Source: a virus
Taxonomy: Duplodnaviria > Caudoviricetes
Length of the DNA stretch: 60,723 nucleotides
Strand: one strand, 5' to 3'
Virus record (IMG/VR): IMGVR_UViG_3300027963_000084
Location: 1 to 60,723 of that record
The position numbers and the translations under genes are program-made. How positions within the stretch are numbered: position 1 is the first letter of the stretch; each line of letters opens with the position of its first letter. Below the pieces are notes generated by a model. That model did no database searches, was not told the origin of the DNA, and saw only the letters and a program-made list of their open reading frames with translations. Positions 27,599 through 36,503 of the stretch are shown one piece after another.

Positions 27599-28594
27599 TC
27601 AGTCCCCGTAGTATTCCCGGAGCCGTTCCCTGTAGGTTTCAACGTCAGCAGCGTAGGCTACCGTTCCCGTGGGACGGTACGTGGTCCGGGTTTCCCGGGT
27701 TTCCTCAGACCACGGGGACGGTCCGGGGACGGGGGTCGATACGTGCCGATCCAATTCGGTCCCCGCATCGATAGCATGGGGAACAAACGTACGGGGATAT
27801 TCTTCCCGAGTATGACCAGCGACCATTTTGTAGCGGGTTTCCGCCGCTTCAACGGTTTCAGTCCCCCCGTCTGGAATCCATCGGCCGTCGATCCGTTCCC
27901 CCGTATGAAATTGGAACACTACGGTCCGGACCGGGACACGCTGAATCTGGCCATCGGTTTCCCGGTTGACGATCCCTCCGGAAACCGCCACCCCTTCAAA
28001 AACAACTTCGGCCATCGGCTCGCCCACAATGGCGATCCGTGCCACGTTGGCGGAAACAATCTTTGTTTCCTTCCGGGGTCGACCCCTTCCGGCGACACTC
28101 CCAGACACTCCCCGCCTCTCCGCTAGTTCGGCGGCAATCGCCACCGCTACCGGGGAGGGAGCGGAGAGAGACATGCTGGCCACGTATGACCGATACTTCC
28201 GGACCGCCTTACGTCCCCCGTGGTTTGCGAACCGATCCCTCCACCGCATCCGACGGAGTCTCGCCCGGACTGCGAGAATCGCACGGTAGCGGTCCCCGTA
28301 GCCGATTCCCAAGCGTTGCCACGTTTCCCCAGTTGTGGTCCAGAGAAGCCAACGGGCGAGCGATACGGCATCGTCAACGTCCCCGGGGGAATAGGATCGA
28401 CCCGCCAACGTCCCCATGTCCCAACGGAATGCCCGTTCGAAATAGTTGTCGACGGTTTCCCAGACTTCCGGGGAGCTGCCGAAACAAGCGGCAGAAAACG
28501 GTTCAATCGGTCCGGCTTTCCCGGGAATGATCGGACACGTATCGCAAGACAAAGCGGCGGCGGCGGTTCGGACTGTTTTTAGACTTCGGATCAT
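27599..28594 (-). CDS. Hypothetical protein, divergent from the early array
   Basis: Long ORF with GGAG RBS at ATG 28594 (alternative ATG 28648) and its own terminator. Confidence 0.7.
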   Translation of the reverse strand: MIRSLKTVRTAAAALSCDTCPIIPGKAGPIEPFSAACFGSSPEVWETVDNYFERAFRWDMGTLAGRSYSPGDVDDAVSLARWLLWTTTGETWQRLGIGYGDRYRAILAVRARLRRMRWRDRFANHGGRKAVRKYRSYVASMSLSAPSPVAVAIAAELAERRGVSGSVAGRGRPRKETKIVSANVARIAIVGEPMAEVVFEGVAVSGGIVNRETDGQIQRVPVRTVVFQFHTGERIDGRWIPDGGTETVEAAETRYKMVAGHTREEYPRTFVPHAIDAGTELDRHVSTPVPGPSPWSEETRETRTTYRPTGTVAYAADVETYRERLREYYGD

Positions 28595-28708
28595 TGCAGA
28601 TACTCCGTTGGTAATGCCGGGACGACGTTGTCCCGGTTGGTAAAGCATTGCAGATACTATCGGCCATTACAATACCGCCGCACAATAAATCCGAACCGCC
28701 ACCAACAA

Positions 28709-28733
28709 TAATTCTCTCCCCCGTTGTATAGGT
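28709..28733 (+). promoter_or_regulatory. Repeated motif copy 1, candidate early promoter
   Basis: TAATTCTCTCccccGTtGTATAGGT; second copy exactly 160 bp downstream. Confidence 0.5.
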
Positions 28734-28868
28734 GTGTTCTTGCGGCGACCGTCGCCGCTTTACGATTCTCGCCCGCCGCCGCCGCGTTTTTCGCGGTTCG
28801 CGGCGTGTCGGGTAAGTAACAGTTAACTCATACGCACGCGGGCAGTTACCGCGGATTAACTTCCGTTT

Positions 28869-28893
28869 TAATTCTCTCGCTTGTCGTATAGGT
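28869..28893 (+). promoter_or_regulatory. Repeated motif copy 2, candidate early promoter
   Basis: TAATTCTCTCgcttGTcGTATAGGT, about 60 bp before the first early gene. Confidence 0.5.
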
Positions 28894-28955
28894 TCAACTT
28901 TCCCCCTTACGCCCCACGTTTAACTTAAACGCATGCGGGCAGCGAAAGGTAGGTT

Positions 28956-29165
28956 ATGTACTGCACTCGTAATTTCCAGACTAAGAAACAGCTGAAAGAG
29001 GCTGTCAGTCAGGGGATGCTGTTCGGGCTGCACCAAGTCGGCCCGTTCGGTGGCGGTGACTGCCGGAACGGTACGTTCACCGTCGAAGGCCCGCACTATC
29101 CCCAACCGCACAGGTGGTACGCCAAGGTCACCATGCGGGATGGAAAGCCGGTGAAGGTCGTATGA
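28956..29165 (+). CDS. Hypothetical early protein
   Basis: AGGTAGG RBS; first gene of the plus-strand array. Confidence 0.75.
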   Translation: MYCTRNFQTKKQLKEAVSQGMLFGLHQVGPFGGGDCRNGTFTVEGPHYPQPHRWYAKVTMRDGKPVKVV

Positions 29166-29352
29166 CCAACACTGGTGCGGTGTGCGTGATTCTGGTCTGC
29201 CTGGTGCTGCGGCTACTGGGCAGCTGGTAACGACTACGGATCACGGGCAGGTGGATGCGGCTAACGGGCGCTCGCCCAACTAAGTCCGAATGCTACCTGC
29301 CCGTATTCCGGTGCCGTTTCTGGTATCGGGTTCTCTTTCACGGAGGTATGTT

Positions 29353-30207
29353 ATGGCGAAAGCCAGACGTGCCGCCCGTCCGCTCGGTGTTATCTTGCAC
29401 CGGGGCGAGTCTCCGTTTGACGGTAAGCCGTATGTGGTGATAATGCCACTGGGTAAATCGTCCAACAAAAAGACCGGCTCCATGCTTCAGACCTATATCA
29501 TTAGGTCAGATATGCACCCAGTAGAAGCGGTGCGGCAAGAAGAAGATGGTACAATCTGCCACAACTGCCCGATGCGTGGTCTGGTTGGTTTCCCCAACCG
29601 TACTCACAACTACGTTACAATCGGCAAGAATGGCAAGCCGAAGAAGCCCAAGAAAACTAAGAAGTTTCGGGCATGCTATGTCAACGTCGGCCAGGGGCCA
29701 GCAATGGTCTACGGTGCCTACCAACGGGGCAGGTACGTTGACTACGATCCTGCCCTGCACAGCCAGTACATCGTCGGTCGCCGCGTGCGCTTCGGCACAT
29801 ACGGCGAGCCGGTGCTGATTCCTCTGGACGTTGTCGCCCATCTGGCCAGTCTTTCGACCGGCTGGACAGGCTACACACACCAGTGGAGCAACCTGCACTA
29901 TGCGGGCTACAAGCAGTTCTTTATGGCAAGCGTCCACGGTCTTACCGGGCCGTGGTCACGCGAGCATGCGAAGTCTCTCGGCTGGCGCACCTTCCGCACC
30001 ATGCGTGGAGGTGAGCCTGCCCCCGATGAGGTTCTGTGTCCAGCATCCGTGGAGGCTGGCCATCGTCTCAGCTGCCTGACTTGCAGACTGTGCGACGGTG
30101 CCGGTGTCCGCAAGATCGGTCTGGACATGGTTGATGTCTACATACCCGGGCATGGTGGCAAGGCGATTATGACCGCTGTCGCCAACCTGCCCATCCTCCA
30201 AGCGTAA
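29353..30207 (+). CDS. Cys-rich gp88-like (radical-SAM-related) phage protein
   Basis: SNKKTG, CHNCP...ACY, RFGTYGEP, GYTHQW, CPAS...CLTCRLC; GGAGG RBS before ATG 29353. Confidence 0.6.
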   Translation: MAKARRAARPLGVILHRGESPFDGKPYVVIMPLGKSSNKKTGSMLQTYIIRSDMHPVEAVRQEEDGTICHNCPMRGLVGFPNRTHNYVTIGKNGKPKKPKKTKKFRACYVNVGQGPAMVYGAYQRGRYVDYDPALHSQYIVGRRVRFGTYGEPVLIPLDVVAHLASLSTGWTGYTHQWSNLHYAGYKQFFMASVHGLTGPWSREHAKSLGWRTFRTMRGGEPAPDEVLCPASVEAGHRLSCLTCRLCDGAGVRKIGLDMVDVYIPGHGGKAIMTAVANLPILQA

Positions 30208-30337
30208 AGGTGCAACATGGAATGTGAGCAATGCGGCTGCGGCGAGTGTCGCTATGCAGCCCCTCTTGGATGCCTGCTGCATTGGTGCTGCCGTGCATGT
30301 GGGTGGATCACTGCCTTTCACAATGAGGAGGATGCCG

Positions 30338-30526
30338 ATGTTTCGACTGGAGATTGATACGGACAACGATGCGTTCAGTCCGTGGACAACGGAGGTGGCG
30401 AGGTTGCTGCGTGTTGCAGCCGCCCGCATCGACAGGAGCGGAGACACCGAGGGGTCGTTTCGGGACACCAACGGCAACACCGTAGGTGTGTGGTCCATCG
30501 ACCCCATAGACGAGGAGGATGAGTGA
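30338..30526 (+). CDS. Hypothetical early protein
   Basis: GAGGAGG RBS; begins MFRLEIDTDNDAF. Confidence 0.7.
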   Translation: MFRLEIDTDNDAFSPWTTEVARLLRVAAARIDRSGDTEGSFRDTNGNTVGVWSIDPIDEEDE

Positions 30527-30738
30527 TGAGTGATGTGCGTCTGCCGCTGAACGTGCGGCTAAGTGATCTGAAGAGTGTGTTGGCATGGAAGGATGGCGAT
30601 GTCGATCCCGAGATGTATGTGCGGATCGAATCGGGCCGGGCTTTTCTGTATGCCGTGAAGCGTATGCATGGGCAGAACGGCATCGGCAAGATGGTGTGGA
30701 GCCGTGAGATTCCGGTGCTACCGGGGGAGGATGACTGA
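30526..30738 (+). CDS. Hypothetical early protein
   Basis: TGATG coupling at both ends. Confidence 0.7.
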   Translation: MSDVRLPLNVRLSDLKSVLAWKDGDVDPEMYVRIESGRAFLYAVKRMHGQNGIGKMVWSREIPVLPGEDD

Positions 30739-30935
30739 TGGCTAAGACTGTTGCGGTCCACCTGACCGCTGACGAGATCGATGGTTTGTTCGATGCGTTG
30801 GATGACCAAGTTCGCCACTGGGAGAACTGTGGTGGCAACGATGAGGAGCACGCACGTTATGCCCGCATCATCGCTGGCCTGACTGCGACCGCTCGCAAGT
30901 TGGAGAACGCCCGTGACAAGATGGAGGGCGACTGA
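30738..30935 (+). CDS. Hypothetical early protein
   Basis: TGATG coupling and GGAGG RBS. Confidence 0.7.
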   Translation: MAKTVAVHLTADEIDGLFDALDDQVRHWENCGGNDEEHARYARIIAGLTATARKLENARDKMEGD

Positions 30936-31210
30936 TGCACCGGATAGCACCTGTGCCCAATCTCAATGGGTCATCGGCCCAAGATTTGGCCGATCAGATG
31001 ATGCGAGTCAGTGCCATTCTGAAAGATGCTGTCGGTCTGATGGCAACGTGGCAACCGCATGGGCGGGACTACCAGATTGGCGGTGACTACCAGGCGGACA
31101 GGACTGAGTTCCTGCGACGGGTGGGTTTAGTGGAGGCACTGGCCCAGCAGTACGAACGTGAGGCGATTACGGTGAGTGACTACAACTACAAGAAAGCGAG
31201 GGTCGGATGA
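30935..31210 (+). CDS. Hypothetical early protein
   Basis: Coupled to both neighbours; PHGRDY motif. Confidence 0.7.
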   Translation: MHRIAPVPNLNGSSAQDLADQMMRVSAILKDAVGLMATWQPHGRDYQIGGDYQADRTEFLRRVGLVEALAQQYEREAITVSDYNYKKARVG

Positions 31211-31623
31211 GACTGAGGGAGCGGTTCAATGCGTGGTTGCAGGGCATGGTTGTTGATGCCGTCAGGGCCAACCTGCCCCGCACGGATGACCTGCTGTACG
31301 AGGTTGTCAATCGCATGGATTTGGGTGCGTTGGCCTGCTTAGTTGCGGCCAACGATGACCTGACTAGCAGGCTGGTCAGCGAGGTACGCGAGCAGCTGGA
31401 GGAGGACATCGACACGGACGAGATCGCCCGCAAGGTGGCCAAGACGATCAGTGCCGCCGACGTTGCCGACCACATGGATGCGGAAGATGTTGCCGGACAT
31501 GTGGATGTGGATGCTGACGAGATCGCTGAGAAGGTGGCCGAGGATATCGATGTGTCCAGCTGCATCGACTACGACAAGCTGGCCACGGAGGTGATTCAGA
31601 AACTGAAGGAGGCACTGGTATGA
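31207..31623 (+). CDS. Acidic protein with ~9-aa repeats
   Basis: IDTDEIARK / ISAADVADH / MDAEDVAGH / VDADEIAEK repeats. Confidence 0.7.
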   Translation: MRLRERFNAWLQGMVVDAVRANLPRTDDLLYEVVNRMDLGALACLVAANDDLTSRLVSEVREQLEEDIDTDEIARKVAKTISAADVADHMDAEDVAGHVDVDADEIAEKVAEDIDVSSCIDYDKLATEVIQKLKEALV

Positions 31624-31868
31624 GCAGATACGTTGTGAAGGTAGGTGAGACGACGTTCGCCTACGGGTTTGACCGTCCGCTGCAGGAGTATTTCCTGCAG
31701 AAGCATACGCCTACGGACGGCGACTACCCGGACGTGGAGGATTTGGTGGGCAGTCTGACCGGCGGCGGCTACGGCACCGCTGGTGAACTGCTGGATGCGG
31801 TGGCTAAGTATGAGATTCCCCTGCCAGAGAACCATCTTCTGGCAGCAATGATGGACCTACCTTTCTAA
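31620..31868 (+). CDS. Hypothetical early protein
   Basis: ATGA overlap, GGAGG RBS, YGFDRPLQEYFLQ motif. Confidence 0.7.
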   Translation: MSRYVVKVGETTFAYGFDRPLQEYFLQKHTPTDGDYPDVEDLVGSLTGGGYGTAGELLDAVAKYEIPLPENHLLAAMMDLPF

Positions 31869-31878
31869 GGAGACAGCG

Positions 31879-32319
31879 ATGCTGCGTGAAGACTGCAAGA
31901 TCGGGATGACCGTGTCGTTTGGCCGTGGCCGTGGTGCCCATACGCGGGGCCGGGTGCTGAAGGTCAACGACAAGAAGGCCAAGGTGGAGACGCTGGAGGC
32001 ACGCAATAGCCACCCAGTGGGCAGCATCTGGCAAGTGCCATACTCCATGCTGACAGCGTGTGAGTTCGTCGCACCGGAGAAGCCGCCCTATCCCAATGGG
32101 CTGACGATCACGGGTGTGCGGTATCTCACCCACACTGAGCGTACCAACGAGGGATGGGATGGTGGCTACGACCCTGCGGTTGCCATCACCCTGTCAGATG
32201 GGTCCGTGATCTTCGGGTCGCAGGACTACGAAGGCAATGGGCCGGGGGCGTTGTTTGGTAGAATGTGTACGGGCGAACAGTTCATCCTGTCTCCAGCACA
32301 GAAAGAGGTGGCGGTATGA
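31879..32319 (+). CDS. Hypothetical early protein, apparently two fused small domains
   Basis: AAGGAG RBS; SH3-like N-half plus a QDYEGNGPGALF C-half. Confidence 0.7.
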   Translation: MLREDCKIGMTVSFGRGRGAHTRGRVLKVNDKKAKVETLEARNSHPVGSIWQVPYSMLTACEFVAPEKPPYPNGLTITGVRYLTHTERTNEGWDGGYDPAVAITLSDGSVIFGSQDYEGNGPGALFGRMCTGEQFILSPAQKEVAV

Positions 32320-32540
32320 CAACCAAGGCGAACTACAAAACGTGGGCACGGGAGCGATGCGAGGCATGGAACTGGAACTGCAACACGGCTGACATCGCAA
32401 AGGAACTGATTGACGATGGCGACTGCGAGCCGGACAGCCCCAAGTGGGAGGTGCTGGCCAAGGAGTTTAAGGAGTTCTTTCCTGAGAGCGGTGAGCGTGA
32501 CTGGGAAACCATCACCAACATCGTTGAGGTGTTCGGTTAA
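32316..32540 (+). CDS. Hypothetical early protein
   Basis: ATGA overlap and GAGG RBS. Confidence 0.7.
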   Translation: MTTKANYKTWARERCEAWNWNCNTADIAKELIDDGDCEPDSPKWEVLAKEFKEFFPESGERDWETITNIVEVFG

Positions 32541-32684
32541 CCATGCAGGTGGGAGAACCAGACTCCCAGTGGACAGAACAAGTTAGGGCCATCGCCGGAT
32601 CGGTGGAAGATCCGCAGTGCTACCTACCCCGGTATTGCACATGCGATGGCTACCCAGTGGGGTGTGGAGAGAAGTGATGGCTAA
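32541..32684 (+). pseudogene. C-terminal remnant of a phage DNA cytosine methyltransferase-like gene
   Basis: Startless frame RWENQTPSGQNKLGPSPDRWKIRSATYPGIAHAMATQWG matches, from recall, the conserved C-terminus of that family. Confidence 0.6.
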
Positions 32685-32982
32685 GACCAAGACCGTGGCT
32701 CCGGTTGAGAAGAAGTGGAAGTTGTATGAGGGCATCGGGTTCACGCCGGATGCGGATGCCTCGCATGGTGAGTGGGCACCCGCTCACCACTGGGTTGTGC
32801 TGATGCAGTCGATGCACAGTGGGACTACGGTGTTCGGGCCGTTCGTATCGGAGGATGCGGCCCACAAGTGGGTGCGAGAGGAGGCAGACAGCGAGATGTA
32901 CAACCACTTCAGCCGTTCGTCTGTGCCTGGTGTGTCGTTCCATGTGGACTATCTGGACATCCCAACAAGGAGGAATGTGTGA
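32677..32982 (+). CDS. Hypothetical early protein
   Basis: Start MAKTKTV after GGAG; stop coupled to the next gene. Confidence 0.7.
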   Translation: MAKTKTVAPVEKKWKLYEGIGFTPDADASHGEWAPAHHWVVLMQSMHSGTTVFGPFVSEDAAHKWVREEADSEMYNHFSRSSVPGVSFHVDYLDIPTRRNV

Positions 32983-33209
32983 TGAGCAAGGTTAAGCGCA
33001 GGAAGAAGACGCTGTTCCCATCTATTGCGGATGCAGCGACGGTGACCCTCACGTCTGACGAGGCAGCTGCCATGCTCAGTGCGGTAGGGGTGGCGATCCA
33101 GTATGAGGAACCGCCAACGCGGGTGGCACCCCACCTCGCCCGTGCGTTGGAGAAGTTCGATGTGGCGTTTGGGTTTGGGATCACACCGAAGGAGGACGGC
33201 GATGAGTGA
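32982..33209 (+). CDS. Hypothetical early protein
   Basis: AGGAGG RBS and TGATG coupling. Confidence 0.7.
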   Translation: MSKVKRRKKTLFPSIADAATVTLTSDEAAAMLSAVGVAIQYEEPPTRVAPHLARALEKFDVAFGFGITPKEDGDE

Positions 33210-33528
33210 ACATACGCCGGGACCGTGGGGGATTGTGTGGCAGGCAGATGTCGAACGCATCCGCCTCAATGGATCGACGGTCTACCAAGTGAGCGATGTG
33301 ACAGACCCGGAGTTCCCATCCGGTAAGCCACGCTACAACCTGGCTGACCTGCATCTGATGTCGGCAGCACCCGATCTGCTTCACGCCTGTCGGGCCGTGG
33401 CCAACGATCTGCATCGGTTGCTGGATGGCGATGACTTCTGCGGGATGAGCGACACCGAGTTGTTCACCTGTTTCCTGACTGCGCTGGAGCCAGCGCTAGA
33501 CAAGGCAGAGGGGAGGATCAATGTCTAA
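33202..33528 (+). CDS. Hypothetical early protein (HTPGPW family)
   Basis: MSEHTPGPW...LMSAAPDLL pattern, common in phage early proteins. Confidence 0.75.
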   Translation: MSEHTPGPWGIVWQADVERIRLNGSTVYQVSDVTDPEFPSGKPRYNLADLHLMSAAPDLLHACRAVANDLHRLLDGDDFCGMSDTELFTCFLTALEPALDKAEGRINV

Positions 33529-33799
33529 GCGCAGGAAGATATCCAAGGAGGAGCGGGCTGAGCGTGATCGTCTGATGGAGCTTGTGAAGTGGGCGACGAT
33601 CCTGTGCATGCGGCGGATGATCGAAGCGGGATGGACCAACTCCCGTATAGCCGGTGCCTACGACCAGATGAACCGGGACATCGGCAATCTGGTTGTGACC
33701 CACGCCATGCCGGACCACCATTATGTGGAGTGCAACGACATCGCAGACATGGTGTTCTGTGCTTATGAAAGCGAGAAGGTGCTGGAGGCTAACCCTTAA
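33521..33799 (+). CDS. Hypothetical early protein
   Basis: GGAGG RBS; overlaps the upstream stop. Confidence 0.7.
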   Translation: MSKRRKISKEERAERDRLMELVKWATILCMRRMIEAGWTNSRIAGAYDQMNRDIGNLVVTHAMPDHHYVECNDIADMVFCAYESEKVLEANP

Positions 33800-33813
33800 C
33801 AAGGAGGACAGGG

Positions 33814-33969
33814 ATGTCTATGCTGGACGTTTGGAAAGACGAGACGATTGAGAATGCGATTCGCCTGCTGGTCCAGGCCGAGCGGTTGTTGGAACCGTTC
33901 CGTGACCAGGAGGGGGATTGGGGTAGGGTGTACGAACAGATTCACAGGTTCTTAAAGGAGGAATGCTGA
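33814..33969 (+). CDS. Small hypothetical early protein (51 aa)
   Basis: Below the track cutoff; AAGGAGG RBS; MSMLDVWKDETIENAIRLL...KEEC*. Confidence 0.65.
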   Translation: MSMLDVWKDETIENAIRLLVQAERLLEPFRDQEGDWGRVYEQIHRFLKEEC

Positions 33970-34256
33970 TGGCTTGGACAATGAACAACCCGCCGGACTA
34001 TGAGGGTGGAACGCCCAAGGATTGCGACTGGGGTGTGGTCTACCGGGACGAGACTGAACCCAGCCTGCCTGAGTACATCTGCATTCTCTGGCAGACCCGT
34101 GACGGGCTGGCAAGCGTGGTGGGTGGCTTGCAATCTTTCTGCCCGTTCTCCGCAAAGCCAGAGAATGCGGTCGTATCAGCGAAGGCACTGTCGATTAAGT
34201 TTGACTACCCTGCCAAGGACAACATCGTCTGGTGGGGTGTACTCAGAAACCACTAG
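33963..34256 (+). CDS. Hypothetical early protein
   Basis: Starts within junction repeat 1. Confidence 0.7.
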   Translation: MLMAWTMNNPPDYEGGTPKDCDWGVVYRDETEPSLPEYICILWQTRDGLASVVGGLQSFCPFSAKPENAVVSAKALSIKFDYPAKDNIVWWGVLRNH

Positions 34257-34261
34257 GAGGA

Positions 34262-34522
34262 ATGCTGATGGACGAAGACATTGTGAACGGCGTGAAGACA
34301 GCGGTTGGCTACCACAACTACTACAACATCGGCGTGTACGATGCAGTCGCACACGTTGCAAGGTCGCTGGCAAAGGCTGGTCTGAGAGGAGGATGGCTCG
34401 CCACTCACCTTGGGCATAAGCAGCCGCTGCCTGAGTACGCGGTGCGTGTTGGGCAAGTGCGAGTGCATCACGGCGCTCCCGATTTTCAGTTGATTATCAT
34501 ACGCAGACAGGAGGAATGCTGA
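34262..34522 (+). CDS. Hypothetical early protein
   Basis: Starts within junction repeat 2. Confidence 0.65.
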   Translation: MLMDEDIVNGVKTAVGYHNYYNIGVYDAVAHVARSLAKAGLRGGWLATHLGHKQPLPEYAVRVGQVRVHHGAPDFQLIIIRRQEEC

Positions 34523-35223
34523 TGCTGACATTCTTAGGGGAGGGCTACGGCATGGCCGCACATGCCGTGCGCTGCAAGCGAGAGGTTGAGCGAACGCTGG
34601 CCCGCCTGGGCGGAGACAGGAGTTTGCAGTATGTTTATTACTGGGACGGGAGCGACGACCGATATGACGATTACAACCGAGAGCCAGGCAGTGCTTGGAC
34701 AACAACCACACTGCGTAAGTTGCTTACCGATCTGGTGGAGTACCGCTACAATGGGTACGCAAAGTCCGCTGACTTTGGAGAACTGAAAACGCTGAGTGAT
34801 GTTAGCGACTTGTTCAGCGATTACTGTGATGGCGGGGTGTCTCGTCTATACACGGACGATGAGGCACACACCGAGAGGCTGGAGCGCACGCGGGTTACGC
34901 TAGAGTCCACAGCTGCAGGGTTTGCTGCACAGTGCGGACACAAGGTCGGCACCAAGGGATACGTCTTGGCAGCGAGGAAAGCTTTGGCCGGTGTGGCTTA
35001 CCAGCGAGAGCGATGGAACGACCCGGAAGTCCGGGCCGAGCAGTGGGCTGCGTGTAGCTACTCCGGTGGCGGCAGCAGCGTGTACTTCGATGATCTGAAC
35101 TTTGAGAACAGCCGCTACGACAGTCGGCTTTCCGGTTTGCAGGGTGTCTTGGATTGGTTGGAGCAAGCCTGCCCGCTGCTGATGCGTCAGATGGAGATGG
35201 AACCTACGGACGAGGAGGAGTGA
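34516..35223 (+). CDS. Hypothetical early protein
   Basis: 235 aa; starts within junction repeat 3. Confidence 0.75.
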   Translation: MLMLTFLGEGYGMAAHAVRCKREVERTLARLGGDRSLQYVYYWDGSDDRYDDYNREPGSAWTTTTLRKLLTDLVEYRYNGYAKSADFGELKTLSDVSDLFSDYCDGGVSRLYTDDEAHTERLERTRVTLESTAAGFAAQCGHKVGTKGYVLAARKALAGVAYQRERWNDPEVRAEQWAACSYSGGGSSVYFDDLNFENSRYDSRLSGLQGVLDWLEQACPLLMRQMEMEPTDEEE

Positions 35224-35474
35224 TGTCTACCAGCTACACCACGTTGAACGAGACGATCTACGAGAGCGACGATGGACTGCGGCGAGCGGTCATCTACCGC
35301 AAGCACACGGGGCAGGGCTACGCTGTTCACTGCGAGGACAACCCGAGCAGCAGGTTTGATAGGGACGGTGTCATCTACGGCTACACGGCACCGCTCACCA
35401 GGAAGATGGCGCTGGAGATAGCCCAGCGTTTTGTGGACGGCAAGAAGATTCCCAAACGATTGGAATGGAGGTAA
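35223..35474 (+). CDS. Hypothetical early protein, probable paralog of 36500..36766
   Basis: TGATG coupling; shared YE..D..R.AV..R..G.GY.V and LT...A...A.RF..G...P..L pattern. Confidence 0.7.
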   Translation: MSTSYTTLNETIYESDDGLRRAVIYRKHTGQGYAVHCEDNPSSRFDRDGVIYGYTAPLTRKMALEIAQRFVDGKKIPKRLEWR

Positions 35475-35477
35475 CAA

Positions 35478-35870
35478 ATGAACTGGACATGCCAACCCAA
35501 GCAACGCCACCAATCTCCGATGGCTGGTGAGTGGATCGACACTGATGCGCAGGCGGCAGAGTTTCTCTCCACGCATCCATCTGTGACACTGCATGCGACC
35601 CGTAAGGGAAAGGGCTGGGTGGCCTGTGTGTCTGGCACAACCATATGCCCAATGCCGCACAGCGCCATGTCCAAGTCCAGCCTGCACAACACGCTGCTGC
35701 ACCGCTACCTAGCCACCACCAATGGGTCTGGTGTATACCGCATCAACCTGCACTGGGCGAAGGACATGCCCAACTGGGCTGGCAAGTACGGCGCGTTGCC
35801 GGAACTCGCATCCGCAATCCTGCGGGCTGAACGAATGATGGCAACTACCCCGGAGGTGATTGATGAGTGA
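35478..35870 (+). CDS. Hypothetical early protein
   Basis: GGAGGT RBS. Confidence 0.7.
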   Translation: MNWTCQPKQRHQSPMAGEWIDTDAQAAEFLSTHPSVTLHATRKGKGWVACVSGTTICPMPHSAMSKSSLHNTLLHRYLATTNGSGVYRINLHWAKDMPNWAGKYGALPELASAILRAERMMATTPEVIDE

Positions 35871-36255
35871 TATCGATGTGATGCAGTCCCTGTTTGACAC
35901 CAAGCCCATGGGCCTTGCGATGAACTGGCCCGTTGACGTTGCCCGATTCGTTGGTGCCATTAAGGAACTGCGGGCCTTGTGCCAAGACGACCTTGCCCCA
36001 CCGGACGAGATCGCCAAGCAGTGGCGTGTCGCTACGGCGGCGCTTGGCGTGGAGGGTATGGGTTCACTGCTGCTGGAGCGTGGCGAGTGGCAGAAGCTGG
36101 TGTATGTGGATGCCGGGAGTCGTAAGCCCTGGCGTGAGCATGATGATTACGTTGTTGTCTGGGACCAGCCGACCGGCTGTGTCGTTGCGAACGTGCGGAT
36201 GCGTGGAGATTCTGTGGACGAGGTGTCGTTCGACGTGAAGAAGGAGGTGAAGTGA
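35863..36255 (+). CDS. Hypothetical early protein
   Basis: GGAGGTGA RBS. Confidence 0.7.
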   Translation: MSDIDVMQSLFDTKPMGLAMNWPVDVARFVGAIKELRALCQDDLAPPDEIAKQWRVATAALGVEGMGSLLLERGEWQKLVYVDAGSRKPWREHDDYVVVWDQPTGCVVANVRMRGDSVDEVSFDVKKEVK

Positions 36256-36503
36256 TGGCTGTTCGGAAACGATGGCAGATAGACGACTCCTATCCACCTA
36301 TGAAGATGGTGGAATTCAAACCGCTGATGGACCGCGTGATGGCTGAGCTTATGATGGCGGCGCATGTCACATGCGATGAAGAGTGGCAGGTGTCTAGCAT
36401 AGCAGACAAGGTAGTGGCGTTTGTGATTGCACAACTCCGTGAGCAGGCCCAGCCGCATCGGCTAGACCTAGCTGACTGGATCAAACCGGAGGGCGAGCGA
36501 TGA
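36255..36503 (+). CDS. Hypothetical early protein
   Basis: AAGGAGGTGA RBS and TGATG coupling. Confidence 0.7.
   Translation: MAVRKRWQIDDSYPPMKMVEFKPLMDRVMAELMMAAHVTCDEEWQVSSIADKVVAFVIAQLREQAQPHRLDLADWIKPEGER

Larger units (their letters stand above)
33956..34524 (+). repeat. Three identical 16-bp gene-junction sequences AGGAGGAATGCTGATG
   Basis: Copies at 33956-33971, 34255-34270 and 34509-34524. Confidence 0.9.

Noticed and set aside
27236-28126. 296-aa plus-strand ORF
   Set aside because: No recognisable motifs, runs through a terminator hairpin, and is antisense to a better supported gene with RBS and terminator.
33956-34524. CRISPR-like or attC-like array from the 16-bp repeats
   Set aside because: The repeats are RBS/stop/start sequences separated by whole genes and lack palindromic structure.
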